Positions 59,793-64,000 of a DNA stretch of 64,000 bases are shown here, piece by piece (within the stretch, counting starts at the first letter, position 1; the number at the start of each line of letters is the position of its first letter). Source of the stretch: Paragordius varius (lineage: Eukaryota > Animalia > Nematomorpha); assembly GCA_964247055.1 (NCBI GenBank), contig OZ176054.1, forward strand, positions 6,882,001 through 6,946,000, read 5' to 3'. The notes beneath the pieces are model-generated. The model was not told the DNA's origin. It saw only the letters and a list, made by a program, of their open reading frames with translations, and searched no databases. Both the position numbers and the translations under genes were made by a program.

Positions 59793-62700
59793 CAAAGGAA
59801 AGAAATCATCTGTGTGGGGTGTGGTGGAAAAAATAAACTACCATTATTTTTTCCTATAAAATACCACAATACCTGCATTCACACAGATGATAAAGCGGGT
59901 TTATCTGGCGCTATAACCAGTTGCTAGAAATATGTAAGCGGGGATGGAACTCCGTAAGCCCAGAAAGGCAATTCCATAGGTCAGGGACACCGAAATAGTC
60001 TCTTGATTTGCAAAGGCATGCAAATTGTAAAACAATCGCCTTAATCATACCGTATATGAAAATAATGAATGAATTGACAACACTTTTAAACAATGATATA
60101 TATTTTAAAAATAATAATATTAATCTTACAAATAATTTTATTAATGATATTAATATATGTGATAATCTTAATTTTGATAATAATATTAATTTACATGATA
60201 ACAATATTAATGCTCTCCTAAAAAACCACAAACATCAAAAAACACCCAACAATATGGTAAAACCACTTAAGATCGGCACTTGGAATATCTCGACGCTAGT
60301 CGGTAGATCAAACTTAGTTATCGACCAAATAAAAGAGAAAAACATTGACATCTGTTGCCTCCAGGAAACAAGATATAAATCTGAGGGAAAGCTGAATATA
60401 GACAACTATACAATTTTCTACAAAGGTCAAATGAAAGGCCAACATGGAGTGGCTATAGCTATTAAAAATGAATATTGTGATAATATAATAGAAGTAAACA
60501 GACACAACGAAAGAATTATCCAAATACGTATCGGCTTTAAAAAACAAATTCTTAACATACTTTCCATCTATGCTCCCCAGTCTGGATTAAGCGAAGCAAC
60601 TAAACAAGCCTTTTGGAACCAACTATACGACATTTCCCATGCAATACCTCCAAATGACAAAATTTTTATAGGTGGAGATTTCAATTCCCACGTTGGCACT
60701 AATGGTGAAGACTATATGAGAATACATGGAGGAAACGCTTTTGGCAGCCGTAACAAAGAAGGTGATACATTATTAGAATACTGCGCATCTCTTAGACTTA
60801 CTATCTGCAATACCCTCTTCACGAAACCAGCAAAGAAATTAATAACTTATACAAGTGGTAATCAAAATTCTATGGTAGACTACATTTTAACACCCATTCA
60901 AGATAGAAAATTCATTAAAGACTCTAAAACATACCTTACTGACACGCAACATAAATTAATTGTAGCTATAATAACAATAAACAAATCCTATTACCATAGT
61001 AACCAGAAACCTAAAATAAACTTAGAAAAATTACACCTTCCTGATCTTAAACTTCAACTCTCAGAAACTGTCAATGCATCGCTTAGCCTCAACCACAAAA
61101 CATCTGAACAAGCTAAGGATAATTTTAAAAACAGCATCATCCCAAATGTGCTTAATTGCTGTGGCAGAAAGAAAATATACAGGAAAAAACAACAATCAAA
61201 TTTGTGGTGGTCAGAATCCATAAAACCTTTAATTAAAATTAAACGCAATAACTATAAAAGATGGAAACAAACAAAAGATAAAAGAGACTTGGAAATATTA
61301 AATCAAATAAAAATTTACAACAAGCCATCAATATTTCAGCCAACAAAAAAGCTTTGGATTTAGCTAAAAAATTAGAACAAGACATGAAAAATCTTAAGAT
61401 TTTTCGAACAATAAATTCAGTTAACAATAATAAAAAGGACATTAAACAAATTTCCTATATTAAAGATAAAGATCAACAACTAGTAACTGAGTGGAGTGAC
61501 ATAAGCAATGTCTGGACAACGTATTACAAAGAACAATTTGCACAAAAACATGATTTTGAAACAATAAACCAACCACCAGCAATTGGTCCTCGACCATTGA
61601 TAACAACAGACGATGTAAGAGAAGCCTTGGCCAAGATGAAAAATAACAAAGCTACAGGTCCATCTGAACTCAGCTGTGACATGATCAAAGCTTTACCACA
61701 ATGCATTATACATTTAACTAACATATTCAATCTAATCTTATCAACAAATCGCATCCCTAATGATTGGTCAAAAAGCACCATCATACCCATTTATAAAAAC
61801 AAAGGAGACATACTCGTTTGCTCCTCCTACAGACCACTAAAGTTATTGGAACACCCGTTAAAAATTTTTGAATCCATTATTGAATCAAAACTAAGATCAA
61901 TCGTTAGTATACAGGAATCACAATATGCCTATAAACCAAACAGTAGCACAATTGATGCAATCTTCATTTTGAGAAGATTGCAAGAGAACTATTAGCGAAA
62001 AATAAAAAACTATATCATGTTTTTATTGATTTACAAAGGGCCTTTGATTGTATCCCCAGGAAGTTGATCACATCCACACTACGAGCCAATAATGTAGATG
62101 ATTGGATAATTAAATCAATAGAAATGATGTACTACAAAACAACAAACTGCGTCAGATTAACACTAGGTAACACAGCTTTTGTTCCAAATGAATCTGGTCT
62201 TCATCAAGGCTCCATCCTAAGCCCTCTACTCTTCATTTTAATAATGGATTACCTAACAAAAGATATAAAACAAGGCCCACCATCGGAACTTATCTATGCG
62301 GACGACATTGTCCTCACCGCAACATCAATGGAAGCATTAAATCAAAAGTACAACACATGGAAATCACACTTAGAAAAGGGTGGAATGAATATAAATATAA
62401 GCAAAACAAAGGTAATGATAACGGGTGAAACTGTATATGAACAACCTAAGTTTCCATGTGGAGTATGTGATAAAGTGCTCGCTTATAAAAGGGAAACTAA
62501 TCAATAATGACAAATTTATATGTGAATCATGTAAAAATAAAACAATAAATCACTCATCCACTTCCCTAAATTACGTTTATATGGCAGACACCAAAATCGA
62601 ATTGGTGAATAATTTCAAATACCTGGGTGATGTCATACATTGCCTAGGTGGAATAAACCAATCAGTTAAATATAGATCCCAACAGGCTTGGGTAAAATAT

Positions 62701-63182
62701 CATCAACTTAAATTTGTCCTCAAAAATAAACACATATCAGCAAAAAACAAAGGTTTGATTTACAAAGCCGGCATACGTCCCATACTCCTGTATGGTTGCG
62801 AAACGTGGCCGATGACAGATTCAATCGAGAAAAAACTAATGAACTTAGAAAAACGGATACTAAATTTATTCCAACCCAATAAGTCAAATTCAAATTTACA
62901 TCAACTCTACCAAATTGAACCTTTAAATGTCATGCTCAGAAAAAATAGGCTCAGATATTTCGGACACATCAAACGTGCTCCAGAACAATGGACAAATAAA
63001 ATTTTATCCCTACATCCCGAAGGTAACAATCGCAGGGGCAGACCAACATTCAACTGGGAAAAAACAATAAATAATGATTTAAGTGTTGCCAACATTGATG
63101 ATAACGCCTGGCAGGATCGCAAATATTACAGACAGCTTCTATACGGATACAATGGCTAGCCATTACACAAAGACGATACGAC
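59731..63182 (+). mobile_element. Full-length (3452 bp) RTE-clade non-LTR retrotransposon, APE endonuclease plus reverse transcriptase, broken by frameshifts
   Basis: 14-bp TSD GACACAAACTTATA at 59717-59730 and 63183-63196. APE motifs GTWNI, QETR, IYAPQ, GGDFNSHVG, VDYIL. RT motifs KATGP, YRPLKLL, FIDLQRAFD, GLHQGSILSPLLF, YADD. C-terminal LLYGCETW, RLRYFGHI, RGRP. Short GAC/GAT-type tail. Confidence 0.96.
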
Positions 63183-63210
63183 GACACAAACTTATAATAC
63201 AGCCCATGGT

Positions 63211-64000
63211 TAAGGTGACCAGACGTCCCGCTTTTTCACACTTTGTCCCGCGTCCCACTACGTTTTTAAAATGTCCCGCTTTTTCACGATTATATAAAAA
63301 AAACTTTTTTTAATACAAAGTTTCTTTATCCGTTTAAATTTGATCATTAAATATCTTTAAAATCTATATAAATTTTAAAGTAAACTTTTTATTTTTAAAT
63401 TAAATTTTTTTATTTTTAAATTAAAAATATTTATTTTTTTCGAATTTATATCATATGATTATACACTTTCCCTCCTACTACTACTGTCATTATTATCAAA
63501 AGGCCAAGTTAATACCACAAATCTCTAGATTAAAAGACATTGAGACCACAAATCGGTACTTTACACGTTTATTCCAGAAAATTAAGGTAATATAATATTT
63601 ATTATACTAATATTTCAGTTTTACTACTTGCCACATTATCAAAAAGCCAAATTAATACCACAAATCGTTACCTTACACGTTTTTTTTCAGAAAATTAAGG
63701 TAATATAATATTAATTATAATAGTAGTTTATAAATATGATCACAAAAAGAGGTTGTAAATTCAACAATGAATTAATGAAAAATTTTCCTTTTATTAAAAA
63801 AACGAAGAATGAATCATCTGTTAAATGTCTTATATGCGAGGGGGAATCCACCCTAGCACATGGCGGCAAGCATGATATTACAAAGCATATGGAGACACAG
63901 AAACATAAAAAAATCTTTAGATATGGCGTCATCTTACAAAATGAGCGATTTTTTCGAAAAACCGCTTTTGGAGGGGAAGAAAAAAATTTGACACTAGCTG
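63211..64000 (+). mobile_element. Left end of a hAT DNA transposon (Blackjack/Tip100-like end), continuing beyond the window
   Basis: Terminus TAAGGTGACCAGACGTCCCGCTTTT with repeated TGTCCCGC subterminal motifs, followed by a transposase start. Confidence 0.8.
63736..64000 (+). CDS. hAT transposase N-terminus with BED-type zinc finger (open to the window end)
   Basis: MITKRGCKFN...VKCLICEGESTLAHGGKHDITKHMETQKH, a C-x2-C...HGG..D...H-x4-H pattern typical of hAT transposases. It has no stop within the window, which is probably why the ORF track omits it. Confidence 0.8.
   Translation, partial: MITKRGCKFNNELMKNFPFIKKTKNESSVKCLICEGESTLAHGGKHDITKHMETQKHKKIFRYGVILQNERFFRKTAFGGEEKNLTLA

Noticed and set aside
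59880-59935. Hammerhead ribozyme (CAGATGA...GAAA) in the LINE leader
   Set aside because: The core reads CAGAUGA rather than CUGAUGA, and no consistent stem I/III with an NUH site could be built.
59911-63932. Minus-strand ORFs across the LINE and hAT regions
   Set aside because: They are antisense shadows of the APE/RT and transposase frames.

Overview
Very AT-rich animal genomic DNA with spliceosomal introns; no prokaryotic features. Six host protein-coding loci can be built by hand, plus one tRNA: tRNA-Ser(GCT), RPB8/POLR2H, SYF2, a truncated Obg-family MTG2-like gene, an Islet-class LIM-homeobox gene, a 4CL/luciferase-like adenylate-forming (ANL) gene with degenerate catalytic motifs, and a complete 14-exon GTPBP1. 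Intron sizes are strongly bimodal: 21-29 nt versus about 90 nt to 2.4 kb, with several long introns carrying transposon copies. Much of the intergenic and intronic DNA is non-autonomous DNA transposons (TTAA-flanked piggyBac-like, 8-bp-TSD hAT, TA-flanked Tc1/mariner-like), often nested. There is also a decayed mariner, the start of a hAT transposase at the window end, and a full-length but broken RTE-type LINE bounded by a 14-bp TSD. The first 62 nt of that LINE fold into an HDV-like nested double pseudoknot with a minimal P4. Best leads: (1) this candidate self-cleaving ribozyme; (2) the ANL pseudo-enzyme; (3) the ultra-short introns; (4) the MTG2-like gene lacking its GTPase domain. All alignments, folds and gene models were done by eye, without tools.
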